A stretch of 63,509 bases of DNA, counting the filler, from Octopus bimaculoides (Eukaryota), in assembly GCF_001194135.2 (NCBI RefSeq). It is 4 parts of 4 records of this genome, joined end to end, with 100 filler letters (N's around TTAATTAATTAA, not from the genome) between each part and the next. Parts side by side here need not be neighbours in the genome. Positions count along the whole stretch, not along the records: positions 1 to 18,775 come from NC_069005.1; 3 more parts are not named here. One strand, given 5' to 3'. Positions within the stretch are counted from its first letter, which is position 1. Each line of letters begins with the position of its first letter. A program made the translations under genes and the position numbers. Below are positions 1 through 12,201 of the stretch, in pieces. Under the pieces are notes generated by a model. The model was not told the origin of the DNA and did no database searches. It saw nothing but the letters and a program-made list of their open reading frames with translations.

Positions 1-106
1 AAAATGCAGATGCACTTCAAATAATGTAGCCCTAGATACACTATGTTTGCAAAAAAAAATGTCTGGATAATTAAGTGTTGAACGCTGATGTATGTATGTA
101 TATATG

Positions 107-150
<44 letters not shown>

Positions 151-189
151 AGAGAGAAGAACATGGATTTTGACTCAGTACTCCTTTAT

Positions 190-455
190 TTCGATGCTAG
201 CCCCTTCGCCCCTGACTGGCTCCCGTGCCGGTGGCATGTAAAAAGCACCCTCCGATTGTGGTCAATGCCAGCCCCCTCTGGCCCCTGTGCCAGTGGCATG
301 TAAAAAGCAGCCACTACATTCTCGGAGTAGTTGGAATTAGGAAGGGCATCCAGCTGTCGAAACCTTGCCAGATCAGACTGGAGCCTGGTGCAGCCTGCTG
401 GCTTTCCAGACCCCAGTCGAACTGTCCAACCCATGCCAGCATGGAAAACGTATGT
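190..455 (+). mobile_element. SINE body/3' part (gtggcatgtaaaaagcacc...aggaagggcatccagctg...ccaacccatgccagcatgg family)
   Basis: The same sequence recurs at about 2268-2455, 5045-5208, 25560-25725 and, degenerate, at 31190-31320. Older minus-strand relatives lie near 1600-1700, 23990-24130 and 26370-26480. Confidence 0.85.
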
Positions 456-603
456 ATCATTGTTTATATGTCTACTTTTCCACATCGGCATTGGCCAGAA
501 AAGGACAGCACCTACACCTTTTAGGTTTTCACAGCCTCCAAGACTGGTGGAAGAAAAGAAAGAATTGATCGTCAAAAAGGAACCTTAGCGCTAATGCTTG
601 TAG

Positions 604-763
604 CTGTGTGCTGAAGGCACCCAAGAACCAAATATTGGTGGTGACCCAGGTAACAACAGAGTGGACTCTGCTAAAGGTACAGGAAAACCAGACAGAGGTG
701 TTCAACCAAGGAACGCATTAAGTCTGGCACCAAAGAATAAGAAGTGGAACAAATACCGGAAAG
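604..763 (+). CDS. Candidate orphan exon of an unknown gene (probably starting upstream of the window)
   Basis: Non-repetitive 53-codon open frame LCAEGTQEPNIGGDPGNNRVDSAKGTGKPDRGVQPRNALSLAPKNKKWNKYRK ending at donor aag|gtaatt. The acceptor (gcttgtag) is weak. Confidence 0.25.
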
Positions 764-871
764 GTAATTTGTCTTACATTCTAATGACTCCTAATTAGCT
801 GTTAAAAGATTTTTTTAAAACCACACAATATTAATCATGAGTTAATTTGTATTGTGAAGTTATTAATTTAA

Positions 872-1286
872 GCCTTTTGTTACCATTTTTCTGTTGAAAT
901 AGACTGCTTTGGTGGTTTCAATTAATTTTGAAAATAATGAAGAATTTATTAAAAGGACTTTGTTAATTATTAACCTGATGTTTGGAAGATAAATTAACAT
1001 GAAATTTTGATGGAAGGTTTTAATTTAGATCACTGGGGAATTTGTATCATAGAACCAAAAGACAGGTTGGTTGGTATCAAAAGAGTTAACCCTTTCGTTA
1101 CCATATTTTTGTCTTTGTTTCAATTCATTTTGAAAATAATGAAAAATTTATTAAAATGACTTGGTTGTTATTAACCTGGTGTTTGGAATATGAATTAACA
1201 TGAAATTTTGATAAAAGGTTTTAATTCAAAACAAAAAGTCGGTAACAGAACCTAGGGCAGCCACAGCCAGGTTTGTATCAGAAGGA
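872..1286. mobile_element. Two tandem piggyBac-like MITEs (872-1085 and 1090-1286)
   Basis: TTAA at 868-871, 1086-1089 and 1287-1290. Termini resemble cc(t/c)tt(t/c)gttacca ... ggtatcaaaagag / tgtatcagaagga. The two internal sequences are homologous. Confidence 0.6.
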
Positions 1287-3699
1287 TTAATTAAGAATGA
1301 AATTAAGATTGAGTTAGTAATTAACCTCAAGGCACTAGTAGTTTGAATCAGCATTAATGAGTTTAAAATTGTGAAGACCCAGAGGTTAAGGAAAGCCAAT
1401 ATAATATTGCATTTGGTGAGTTCTGTAAAAGCACAACTAAAAGACCCAAAATCGGTTGACAAAGTCACAGTTAGACAGTACGGAATAACACTGAACCATT
1501 TTGATCTTCCACCTGAAATCACTACCTGTTCTATGATGGAAACTTTCTATTCCTTAATTAAAACCCTCCAGCAAAATTTTACCAAAATTTCCAAACACTG
1601 ACTTCATTGAGGCAGATTTTCGATGGCTGAATGCTTTTCCTACCCCAAACTTTCCCTTCTTTCAAAGGAAAATACATCAAAGCCCTTCAAAAAAAAAACC
1701 ACCAGCACAATGGCCAGATGTATTTTCATGCAAGACTACAAATGAACAACATCTCTTGTATGTCAGTGGCATTCGTTTACAACTAACACATGATATCAAA
1801 ACACAAGGTAACGACTTCCATGTCCATACCATCACTCAGTCCTCTCTCTCACACTTCATCAGGTTCTTCTTGAACTTAGTTTTTCTCTAAGCTTATTTGT
1901 ATTCTGTCAATTATGGACCCAGACATTACACATAGTGACATCTTAAAGCATGTGTGCACGAGGTAGTGACCCGGGGGCTCTCCTGGGTCTAGGGCACCAA
2001 TCCTGATCTATGCTGTAGCTAGCTGCCAATAGATAAACACTATAAGGGCCCAATGCATTGATTTGCTAGGTGATCCTCATGGCTCTAGGGGCTCAATTCT
2101 TATCTATGTTGTGGTTTACTGTCAATAAATGAATACCATAGGGCCCAGAGTATTGATTTGCCTGGGAGCTCTCAAAGCGTCTAGAGACCCAAAACATACA
2201 TATATACACAGACATATACATACACACACATATACGAACATACAAACCTATACACATATGCACACAGGTAAAAGCACCTGGCGATGCCACGTAAAAGCAC
2301 CCAGCACAGTGCATAAAGTGGTGGGCATTAGGAAGGGCATCCAGCTGGAGGAACCATGACTGGAGTCTGGTGCAGCTCCCCAGCTCTGGTCAAACTGTCT
2401 AACCCATGCTAGCATGGACAACGGACGTTAAATTATGATGATGGCGATGATGATGTACACACGATGTACACCACACACATCATCAGCAGCAGCATCAATA
2501 AGAAGGTTAAACACACACACATACACACAATGTGTCAAGCCTTAATTTTCAAGTTGTGATAGCTAACTATGGTAGGTATGTCAACGAAATCCAAATAAAC
2601 ATGTTTATGAAAAGATGTTTATAAACACAAACTGTAAAGGATGTGTCAGACAACTCTTGTATCTCTCTCTCTCTTTCTCTCTCTATTTAGACCTTTCTAC
2701 CTACATACCTACCTGTTTTTCACACTTATATCCATCCATCTATCTATCTATCGACATATCTCTACAGCTAATTCTCTGTCGACCTCCATCTGTCTGTTAT
2801 ATATAGAACTCTGCAGACCTCTCTCTCTCTGTTTCACCTCTTGCAAACTGTCTGTTGTTGCATATCTCTTTACCAACCAACCTTCCTTGTCTGTCTATCT
2901 TTTATAAATATCCATCAGTTTCTTCGAATATACTTATATATAATGACCAAGAAATCCATCAATTTATTTACTTCTCTTTCCCCATCCATCCTTCCTACAC
3001 CATTTTATATCTGTCTGTCTGCCTGTCTGTTTATCAGCATATCTCTATTCAGTTGTACGAGTGTATGCCTCCTCTATCTTTCTTTCTATCTAGCCATCCA
3101 TCTATCTGTTCACATTTATCTCTCTATCTTTTTATTTTATTTTTTTTCCTGATCCCTTTTGATCAGAATTTTACTTTTTTTTCTTATTTTTTCCCCCTTC
3201 TTTTTTTTTCATTTTTGAAAAGAAAAGCTCTACATTTGTATTGTCCCCTCTGTGTTCAGCCCTGTGTGGCCAATAAAGAAAATTATCTATCTATCCATCT
3301 GTTAACATATACATCTGCCTACCTACCTGTCTATCTATCTATCTACCTGTTTGTCAATTTGTCTGTGTCTGTCTGTCTGTCCATCTATCTATATGTATAT
3401 CTATATTTATATCTATCTATCTCTTAACATATCTAGCTATCTGTTAATATATCTATCTATCAACGTGTCTGCCTGCCTGCCTGCCTGTTTGTCTGAATGT
3501 CCGTCTACATAAATGTTCAGTTGAACAAACAACAGGAAAGTGTTCACAATATATGCATGCAATAGACTCTATCTATTTGTATAGACACAAACCCATGCTT
3601 AGCTATATCTATTTATACTTGGCCTATATTTACACACACACAGAGTTACACACCAATTCAAAACCTCCAATGTCCGTGTGTATTTACTCATGTTCTTCT

Positions 3700-4640
3700 A
3701 CTTGCTTCGGTCGTTTGACTGCGGCCATGCTGAAGCATCACTTTAATGGGGTTCTAGTCAAAGAAATCGACCCCAGGACTTATTTTATCGATACCTTTTG
3801 CCGAACCGCTATGTCACAGGAATGTAAACACACAAACACTGGTTGTCAAGCGATGGTGGGGGGGGGGGGACAAACGCAGACACACACACATAAGTATATA
3901 TATNNNNNNNNNNGACAAACGCAGACACACACACATAAGTATATATATATATATGATGGGTTTCTTTCAGTTTCCATCTACCAAATCCACTCACAAGACT
4001 TTGGTCGGACCAAAGTTATAGCAGAAGACACCTGCCGAAGGTACCACGCAGTGGGACTGAACCCAGAACCATGTGGTTGGGAAACAAGCTTCTGACCACA
4101 CAGCCACACCTTTTATCTTTTACTTATTACAGTCATTGGACTACAGCCAGGCTGGGGCACTGCCTTAAAAGGTTTTAGGTGAACAAATCCACCCCAGAAC
4201 TTGTTTTTTTTTAAAGCTTGTTACATATTCTGTTGGGCTCTTTCGCAGAACCATTACATCACAGGGATGTAAACAAACCGACACTAGTTGTCAGGCATTG
4301 GTAAGGGACAACCATATACACAAATTCACATACACACACAACCGATAGAATAAGTACTAGGCTTACAAAGAATAAGTCCTGGGGTCGATTTGTTCGACTA
4401 AAGGTGGCGCTCCAGCATGGCCACAGTCAAATGACTGAAACGAATAAAAGAATATATATAAAAATGTACACACACACACACACACACACATAAATAATAT
4501 GGGATTCTTTCAGTTTCCATCTACAAAATCCATTTACAAGGCTTTGGTTGGCCCGACACGATAACGAAAGACACTTGCCCAGGGTGTCATACAATGGAAC
4601 TGAACCCGGAACCACTTCTTACCACACAGCCACGCCTGTA
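3700..4640. mobile_element. Cluster of SINE fragments in both orientations
   Basis: tgactgcggccatgctg/aatcgaccccaggact family at 3700-3880, 4120-4320 and 4340-4450 (reversed). tRNA-headed cagtttcc..ctaccaaatccac..accacacagcc family (minus) at 3953-4110 and 4500-4640. Confidence 0.85.
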
Positions 4641-4653
4641 CCAAATGTCACAT

Positions 4654-4684
<31 letters not shown>

Positions 4685-5889
4685 CGTTGAACACATGCAT
4701 GTGTATGTGGTCTTTATGCACTTTTACAAGCGAGAGTTAACGTCAGTGAATGAAATTCTTACAAGAGGACGAGGAGCCGGGATGGAGGAGGTTTCCATAA
4801 ATGAGTAAGTGGTGTTATAAAATACATAGTCTACATTTTTATTGAATAATAGACAAATAAAACCTCAACTTTTGTACGTGTGTGTATATGCGTAAAGCAC
4901 ATGCACACACATATATACACACACACACACACATGTGTGTGGGTGTGTGTACAATGCCTATGTACATACATCATATCTAAGTACATTTACTATATACATA
5001 TACATACATAGAAACATATATATATATATATATATATATCGAGCGAGATCGTTGCCAGTGCCCCTGGACTGGCTCTTGTGCAGGTGGCACATAAAATACA
5101 CCATTTTGAGCGTGGCCGTTGCCAGTACCGCCTGACTGGCCTTCGTGCGGGTGACACTTAAAAGCACCCACTACACTCTCAGAGTGGTTGGCGTTAGGAA
5201 GGGCATCCNNNNNNNNNNNNNNNNNNNNNNNNNNNNNNNNNNNNNNNNNNNNNNNNNNNNNNNNNNNNNNNNNNNNNNNNNNNNNNNNNNNNNNNNNNNN
5301 NNNNNNNNNNNNNNNNNNNNNNNNNNNNNNNNNNNNNNNNNNNNNNNNNNNNNNNNNNNNNNNNNNNNNNNNNNNNNNNNNNNNNNNNNNNNNNNNNNNN
5401 NNNNNNNNNNNNNNNNNNNNNNNNNNNNNNNNNNNNNNNNNNNNNNNNNNNNNNNNNNNNNNNNNNNNNNNNNNNNNNNNNNNNNNNNNNNNNNNNNNNN
5501 NNNNNNNNNNNNNNNNNNNNNNNNNNNNNNNNNNNNNNNNNNNNNNNNNNNNNNNNNNNNNNNNNNNNNNNNNNNNNNNNNNNNNNNNNNNNNNNNNNNN
5601 NNNNNNNNNNNNNNNNNNNNNNNNNNNNNNNNNNNNNNNNNNNNNNNNNNNNNNNNNNNNNNNNNNNNNNNNNNNNNNNNNNNNNNNNNNNNNNNNNNNN
5701 NNNNNNNNNNNNNNNNNNNNNNNNNNNNNNNNNNNNNNNNNNNNNNNNNNNNNNNNNNNNNNNNNNNNNNNNNNNNNNNNNNNNNNNNNNNNNNNNNNNN
5801 NNNNNNNNNATTTTTAAGACCAAAACAGTTTAATTTAAGGAATGCATTTTATGAACTGTTAAAATTTAAAGAGACATGAATATTTCTCC

Positions 5890-6093
5890 AGGGTCGAGGG
5901 TTCACCCTTCAACAAGTGTTATTAACCTGGAATATTCCCTCAGGTCCTAAGAGGTCATTCACCATCCCTCACTAAAAAACCTGTAGCGTGGATTAAGTAC
6001 CCCCCAGTTGGTTCTGCAGCTACCTGCTGAAGAGGTCTGATGTCAAGAACTTAAGAATTACGTCTATGAATATAGTAGCAACTATTATTATTA

Positions 6094-6143
<50 letters not shown>

Positions 6144-6253
6144 GGCAGTACAAATGGTTATTCCGAGAATGGTGGTGTGTGTTTTCGAGATAACATGCTT
6201 CTTTATGTGTGTTTGTGTGTATGTCTGTAACTGTGTACCTGTATATGTGTATA

Positions 6254-6290
<37 letters not shown>

Positions 6291-6503
6291 CTACGTTTGA
6301 ATGTGTATGTGTATGCCTATGGTTGAATGTGTCTGTGTGTGTGTGTGTGTGTGCCTACAGTTGAATGTGTGTCCCTACGTTTGAATGTGTGTATGTGTGT
6401 GGTTGTCTGTGAATGTTTACCTATGTGTGCGTGTACGTCTATCTATATTTGTGCGTCTGCGAGTGTATGTGTGTGTATGTATGCATGCCTGCCGTTGTGT
6501 GTG

Positions 6504-6549
<46 letters not shown>

Positions 6550-6670
6550 TGTAGAACAACCTATCTCGATTCCACGACTTGGTTTCGTTTGTTTGCTGGA
6601 ATCGATTGATTTATCTGGCATCTCAGATGTACTCTTGTGAAACAAGTCAATGACAAAACGCTCCACTTTC
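5890..6670 (+). repeat. Local duplication, copy 1 (copy 2 at about 8060-8529)
   Basis: Shared gaggtcattcacc, acctgtagcg, aagaggtctgatgtcaagaactt, tagtagcaact and gagataac blocks, plus an identical 121-bp block. Confidence 0.85.
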
Positions 6671-6720
6671 AGCGCGCCTGCGCACCTTTGTATATGTGTG
6701 TGAGTGTATATGTTTGTGTA

Positions 6721-6769
<49 letters not shown>

Positions 6770-6883
6770 ACGCCCGTTAGTAATTAATGCAACACAATCA
6801 CACACACATGTATGCAGGCAAAGCAAAGAAAAAACGAAACACATGAAGGTAATTATAGACATACATGCGACCGTGCGCACATA

Positions 6884-6917
<34 letters not shown>

Positions 6918-7177
6918 AATGTATGTATGTGTTGTGTGTGTGTGTATGTATGTAAATATTATAAACTGTCAGAAACAGACAGATAGATAAACAGCCAGAG
7001 ATGGATGGATGGATGGATGGATGGATGAATGGATAGATAGATAGACCAATTCATGTATGTATAAAAACCTGTTTAATGAGTATATATACCATATTCTGTG
7101 TATAACACAAACGTCATACACAACTGTATGCAAACTTGCTTTACAAACATACGAACGTATACATACATATTTAACAA

Positions 7178-7212
<35 letters not shown>

Positions 7213-7235
7213 ATACATACACAGGCGTATGGAGA

Positions 7236-7279
<44 letters not shown>

Positions 7280-8059
7280 AATTAGATGCAATGTCGATTA
7301 AATTATCAAGGTGAATGAACGGGTGTATATTGACGATATATCGTTAATACAAACAAATCTATGATACGGTTTTTGGTTTCATAGATTTCAGTCGGTCGCG
7401 AACCCGCAACAGCCTTGTACATTCATGCACTTTAAATGAATCTCATAAACATTTATGCTCATTTAATCCTAAATTCGAGCAGACTTATTTGCGGAAGGCA
7501 TACCAAAAATGACCAACCCGTCTTACATTCTCATTAAATAAATATCGGATTACGTAAGGACTGGGGTCCTTGTTTTTCTTTAAAAAAAAATAAAAAGCAA
7601 GATAGTAAGTTATTAGTATTTAAGGGAAATTTCGCTGCTATTTCTAGGAGGTCGCGGAGCCACGTAGAAACAGTCTTCAACTGGTTGTGTGTGTTAAGCA
7701 GTTGCTGATCCCTAAACTAGGTCTGATCAGGCGGACATAGAGATATTTCAGCCGTGACTAGCCCAACACTTTGGTATATCTAGGTCAGTATGGCGTGATT
7801 TCAGAGAATTTAACTGTTATTTATAGCAGATCGGCACCGACTAGGTAGAACAGATACGGGGAATCTCTGAACTTACGGGGAACATTTTCCCCACGCTATT
7901 TTATCTGAAACATGACAAGGACCCAAAAACATAATCCTTATGTAAGACCTCTCTCAAAAAAAAATTAATAAATAAAATAAAACTATATTCCTTAGGAACA
8001 AAATATTAATTAATTATAAGAATTAAATTCTACAATTAAATTTAATTATTTTTCTCAAG

Positions 8060-8242
8060 GTACTTGTGGAAGGTTCCGCCCCTGAAAAATCTCTCGGGGC
8101 CTTGGAGGTCATTCACCCCCTTCAAACGACCTGTAGCGCGGATCAGCGCCCGCAGATAGTTTTGCGTTTACCTGTTAAAGAGGTCTGATGTCAAGAACTT
8201 GAGAATTAAATCGAAGAATTTAGTAGCAACTGACATCATCAC

Positions 8243-8277
<35 letters not shown>

Positions 8278-8529
8278 GTGAGTGTGAATGTGTGAGAGAG
8301 AGAGAGATGGAGAGAGAGTTCTTGAGATAACGTGCTTCTGTACGTGTAAGTGAGCGTGCGTCTGTGCATGCATGCCTGCCGCTTTGTGTGTGTGTGTGTG
8401 TGTGTCTATGTAGAACAACCTATCTCGATTCCACGACTTGGTTTCGTTTGTTTGCTGGAATCGATTGATTTATCTGGCATCTCAGATGTACTCTTGTGAA
8501 ACAAGTCAATGACAAAACGCTCCACTTTC
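8060..8529 (+). repeat. Local duplication, copy 2
   Basis: Collinear with 5890-6670; 8409-8529 is identical to 6550-6670. Confidence 0.85.
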
Positions 8530-8592
8530 TCTTCCCAGGCTCTCACTCTCTCTCTCTCTCTCTGATGGTACCTACTAATAATGATGCATTGC

Positions 8593-8641
<49 letters not shown>

Positions 8642-8835
8642 TAGATAGATGGGATTTATTTTTCTTTTGCTTCAGTCATTTGACTGNNNNNNNNNNNNNN
8701 NNNNNNNNNNNNNNNNNNNNNNNNNNNNNNNNNNNNNNNNNNNNNNNNNNNNNNNNNNNNNNNNNNNNNNNNNNNNNNNNNNNNNNNNNNNNNNNNNNNN
8801 NNNNNNNNNNNNNNNNNNNNNNNNNNNNNNNNNNN

Positions 8836-8917
<82 letters not shown>

Positions 8918-9178
8918 CATACATACATACATATACACGATGGTCTTCTTTCAGTTTCCGTCTACCAAGGCTTTGGTCGGCCCGAGGCTATAGTAGAAGA
9001 CACTTGCTCAAGGTGCCATGAAATATAGATAGGTCAACCTTTGTATAAAAAAAACTGTGTGTGTGTATATATACTAGACATCGTAGGCTGTAAAGTTCAC
9101 GGGCAATTATATACATATAACATGATATATACCACAAACACAAATCCATTATATACATGTATTACATTATATATAAAT

Positions 9179-9210
<32 letters not shown>

Positions 9211-9226
9211 ATTTTAAAGAATATTA

Positions 9227-9320
9227 TTGACAGTGACTTCGAAGATTCGGCCAGCTAAGCCATCGTCGGATTGCTGTTCGACGAGGGCTTGGCTTGCTGA
9301 TGCTTCGAAGTCACTGTCAA
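9227..9320. repeat. 94-nt near-perfect hairpin made of two inverted, decayed hammerhead units
   Basis: Perfect 18-bp IR ttgacagtgacttcgaag (9227-9244) / cttcgaagtcactgtcaa (9303-9320), with inner pairing continuing to a 6-nt loop. Related single units lie at 27355-27400 and 38641-38690. Confidence 0.85.
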
Positions 9321-9422
9321 AAATATGTCTTGTTAATTAATAATAAATTTGCACTCTACCAAGTGTATTGAGTAAGTCTTCAATTAATGTAAAACTGTTG
9401 TTATTATAACATAGAAACAAAC

Positions 9423-9471
<49 letters not shown>

Positions 9472-10001
9472 CAAGTGTGTATGTGGTTGTCGACAATGTA
9501 AATAAACCTAGAAAGGAGATTTTACATTCTCCTCAGTTTACAAATGCATCATTTTCCCACATAAACGAAAGTTAAAGCTAATTAAACAAGAGTTCGTTTA
9601 CCATTTTATGGCACATTTTATAGACATAAAAAAACAGTATACCTTTGGATTTATGCGGACATTCGGGATTTCCACACGTGTAGTGTAATTAAGGCACTAT
9701 GAACCAACGAGGGAATCTGATTAGTAAGACTAATTAAACGAACTTAATTACTATTTTTATCGTACAAGTTATAAAGAATAAAACACCATCGTTTGCAATT
9801 TATGTTGACATTCAGGGATTCTAGCAGGTAGCTCTTATGTGGCCCATTCTGCTTTCTAACAGAAGTCTTGTTGTTTACGTATGTCTTATATATAAAATAC
9901 AGCTAAATCCAAAAAAAGAAGAACTAACACAAAAATACAACAACGCGAGGACGTGGTACATGTAAAATATTAGCAGACGCTCAGGAAAGGAAAGAAAGAT
10001 G

Positions 10002-10037
10002 GTTTAACGTTTCGAGCAGACGCCCTTCTTCGAAAAC
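10002..10037 (-). ncRNA. Minimal hammerhead-like motif with variant core (UCGAAGA)
   Basis: Minus strand GUUU UCGAAGA A GGGC GUCU GCUC GAAA CG UU AAAC. All three stems are retained. Flanking gacgctca..gaagga sequence is shared with the 17.9 kb copy. Confidence 0.5.
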
Positions 10038-10329
10038 AGAGGAAAGTCCAATAGAAGGGAAGACGGAGGAAGAAAATTGCCAACAATTCACATGTGGTTA
10101 CATTNNNNNNNNNNNNNNNNNNNNNNNNNNNNNNNNNNNNNNNNNNNNNNNNNNNNNNNNNNNNNNNNNNNNNNNNNNNNNNNNNNNNNNNNNNNNNNAT
10201 ATTTATATATATCCGGTGTCTATACGGTTGATTTCGTCAATACATAGAAACCTCAAAATATTACTTGGTACCTTTTTAGATATCGGTCGGACGCGAACTC
10301 GGAACGGAGTCAACAAACACCTGTAATAT

Positions 10330-11045
10330 TGCTGGATACTGTAAGCGCCGTGCTGTTGTTTAACCGTAGGTCAGTCCTAATAAAGTGGACCTATAGTGGA
10401 ACACAGTCCAGCCATGATCACCCCGTCGTATTCAGACAAGTAATTAATTATTATCATTACCCCCAGTCTTATATTATCAAACGTGACCGTGCTCTTAAAA
10501 GACAGTATAGTAATGTATAAGGATTTGGCTGCTACTTCTAGGAGTTCGAGCGACCACGTAGAGTCATATTCGATTACTTGGCAGCATCAGTGTTACTCCT
10601 TATTGTTGTTGTTGTTCGTCTGAAATCATTCCAAGCCGAAGGTATTCTAGCCATGACAATCCCACCCAAGATTTTTTTTTCCCCCAGACATAAACTATCT
10701 CCATGGCTACAATTATCCAACGTAGAGGCTGACGGTCATTCGGCTGCTATTTCTAGCAAAGTCAGTGACCACACTGACGCAAACTCGTCACCGACATTCC
10801 TTCTTGGCTTCCATCTATGGCGCTCTCAATGGCTCTTTTTCATTAAACAGAAAAAACCTGTTGTGGTTTCTCTTTAGCTCCAGGTCTATTCTAATCAGAT
10901 CTATAATCAATGGCGTTCCGGCTATGACCACTCCCTTTTCATTTAACATTTTTCAATCAGCTGTTCACAGACAGTAAGGTCGGGTTTAGTGACTTTTATA
11001 AAGATTTGGCGGCTGTTTCTAGCATGTCCAGCGACCTCGTATGAG
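10330..11045 (+). repeat. Cluster of old interspersed repeats with a gctgcta(t/c)ttctag core
   Basis: The core ggaa/gatttggctgctatttctagcagg..cgaccac recurs at about 7625, 7805, 10521, 10741, 11001, 13925, 14115 and 41500. Confidence 0.65.
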
Positions 11046-12169
11046 GTTCATCCTTTTGTTTGGTCTGCGAATAGGGCAACTTAACTCCTAAATCGAAACC
11101 CGATCGCCAGGCTAATAAGCCGGTAGCTACTTTTTACTTGTTCGGAGTTAAATAAATAATAGAAGCAAAATGGTTTTAGATTAATGAATAAATGAGGTCA
11201 AGATCCGGAATGGAATAGGAAAACTTGGCGTCGGCCGACGTCAGCAAAAGTTGATTCATAAAAATTCTCAGAAATACAAATATCGAATTTATAAACTTTT
11301 TTTTAAACGATTATTTAACTACGGAAGATAAATCTGGGTACAAGGTGTATGTGAGTGCGTGTTTGTATATATATATATATATATATATTTGCATATAGAG
11401 ATGTGTTTATGTATTTGTGAATGCATGTATGTGTATATATATACGTGTATGTATGAATTTGTGAATGCATGTATGAGTGTATATATGTGTATGTATATCA
11501 ATATGTATATACTTACATATATCATACAAATATATATATATATATATATATAACGAGAATATACATGAATATTTGGATGTGTGTATATACAGATAAGTGT
11601 GTATTATATATATATATATAGGTATGTAAGTAGTTTAAGTGTGTGTGTGTAGTTTCAGTCTTTGGAATGAATAGGTCACTGACTCTAGTGGATTAACCGA
11701 TCATCTTCGACTTCATTATTAATGCTTATCGATCACTAATTTGTCGGACAGCTAGCTTACGGGACATAGAGACACCCACCAGAGACACACACATTATCTT
11801 ATAACATGTATACATATGTATATTATAACGGTGCAGTGTAATATGTACTGTTAACCGCATTGTAACCAAGATATATATATATGTATATATATATGGTAAG
11901 AGACATTTACTGAAGTTCCGAGAATTAGATTCGTTCCCAGAGCCACGTGGTTAGCGAGGCGACTTTCTTAACCACACAGCTATGACCACACACACACACA
12001 TATATATATAAACATACACAAACACATATATATGAACACATGTAGATATTAGTTGTGAAACCGCGTATGTATTAAACTATAGTGTTTGCATATACATGTA
12101 TATATGATGGCAGAAATGATGAATTTTACATACGGCACTAGATGTTTAAACTGGTTTTATGTCTCTGCA

Positions 12170-12201
<32 letters not shown>

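Noticed and set aside
1371-1601. 76-codon + strand ORF in unique sequence
   Set aside because: No ATG start near its 5' end, no consistent acceptor/donor pair and no recognisable domain.
5960-6085. Possible gypsy integrase end, PPT and LTR start (aagaggtctga-TGT) in both duplicate copies
   Set aside because: Only a loose resemblance; no PBS, matched LTR pair or pol motifs are visible.
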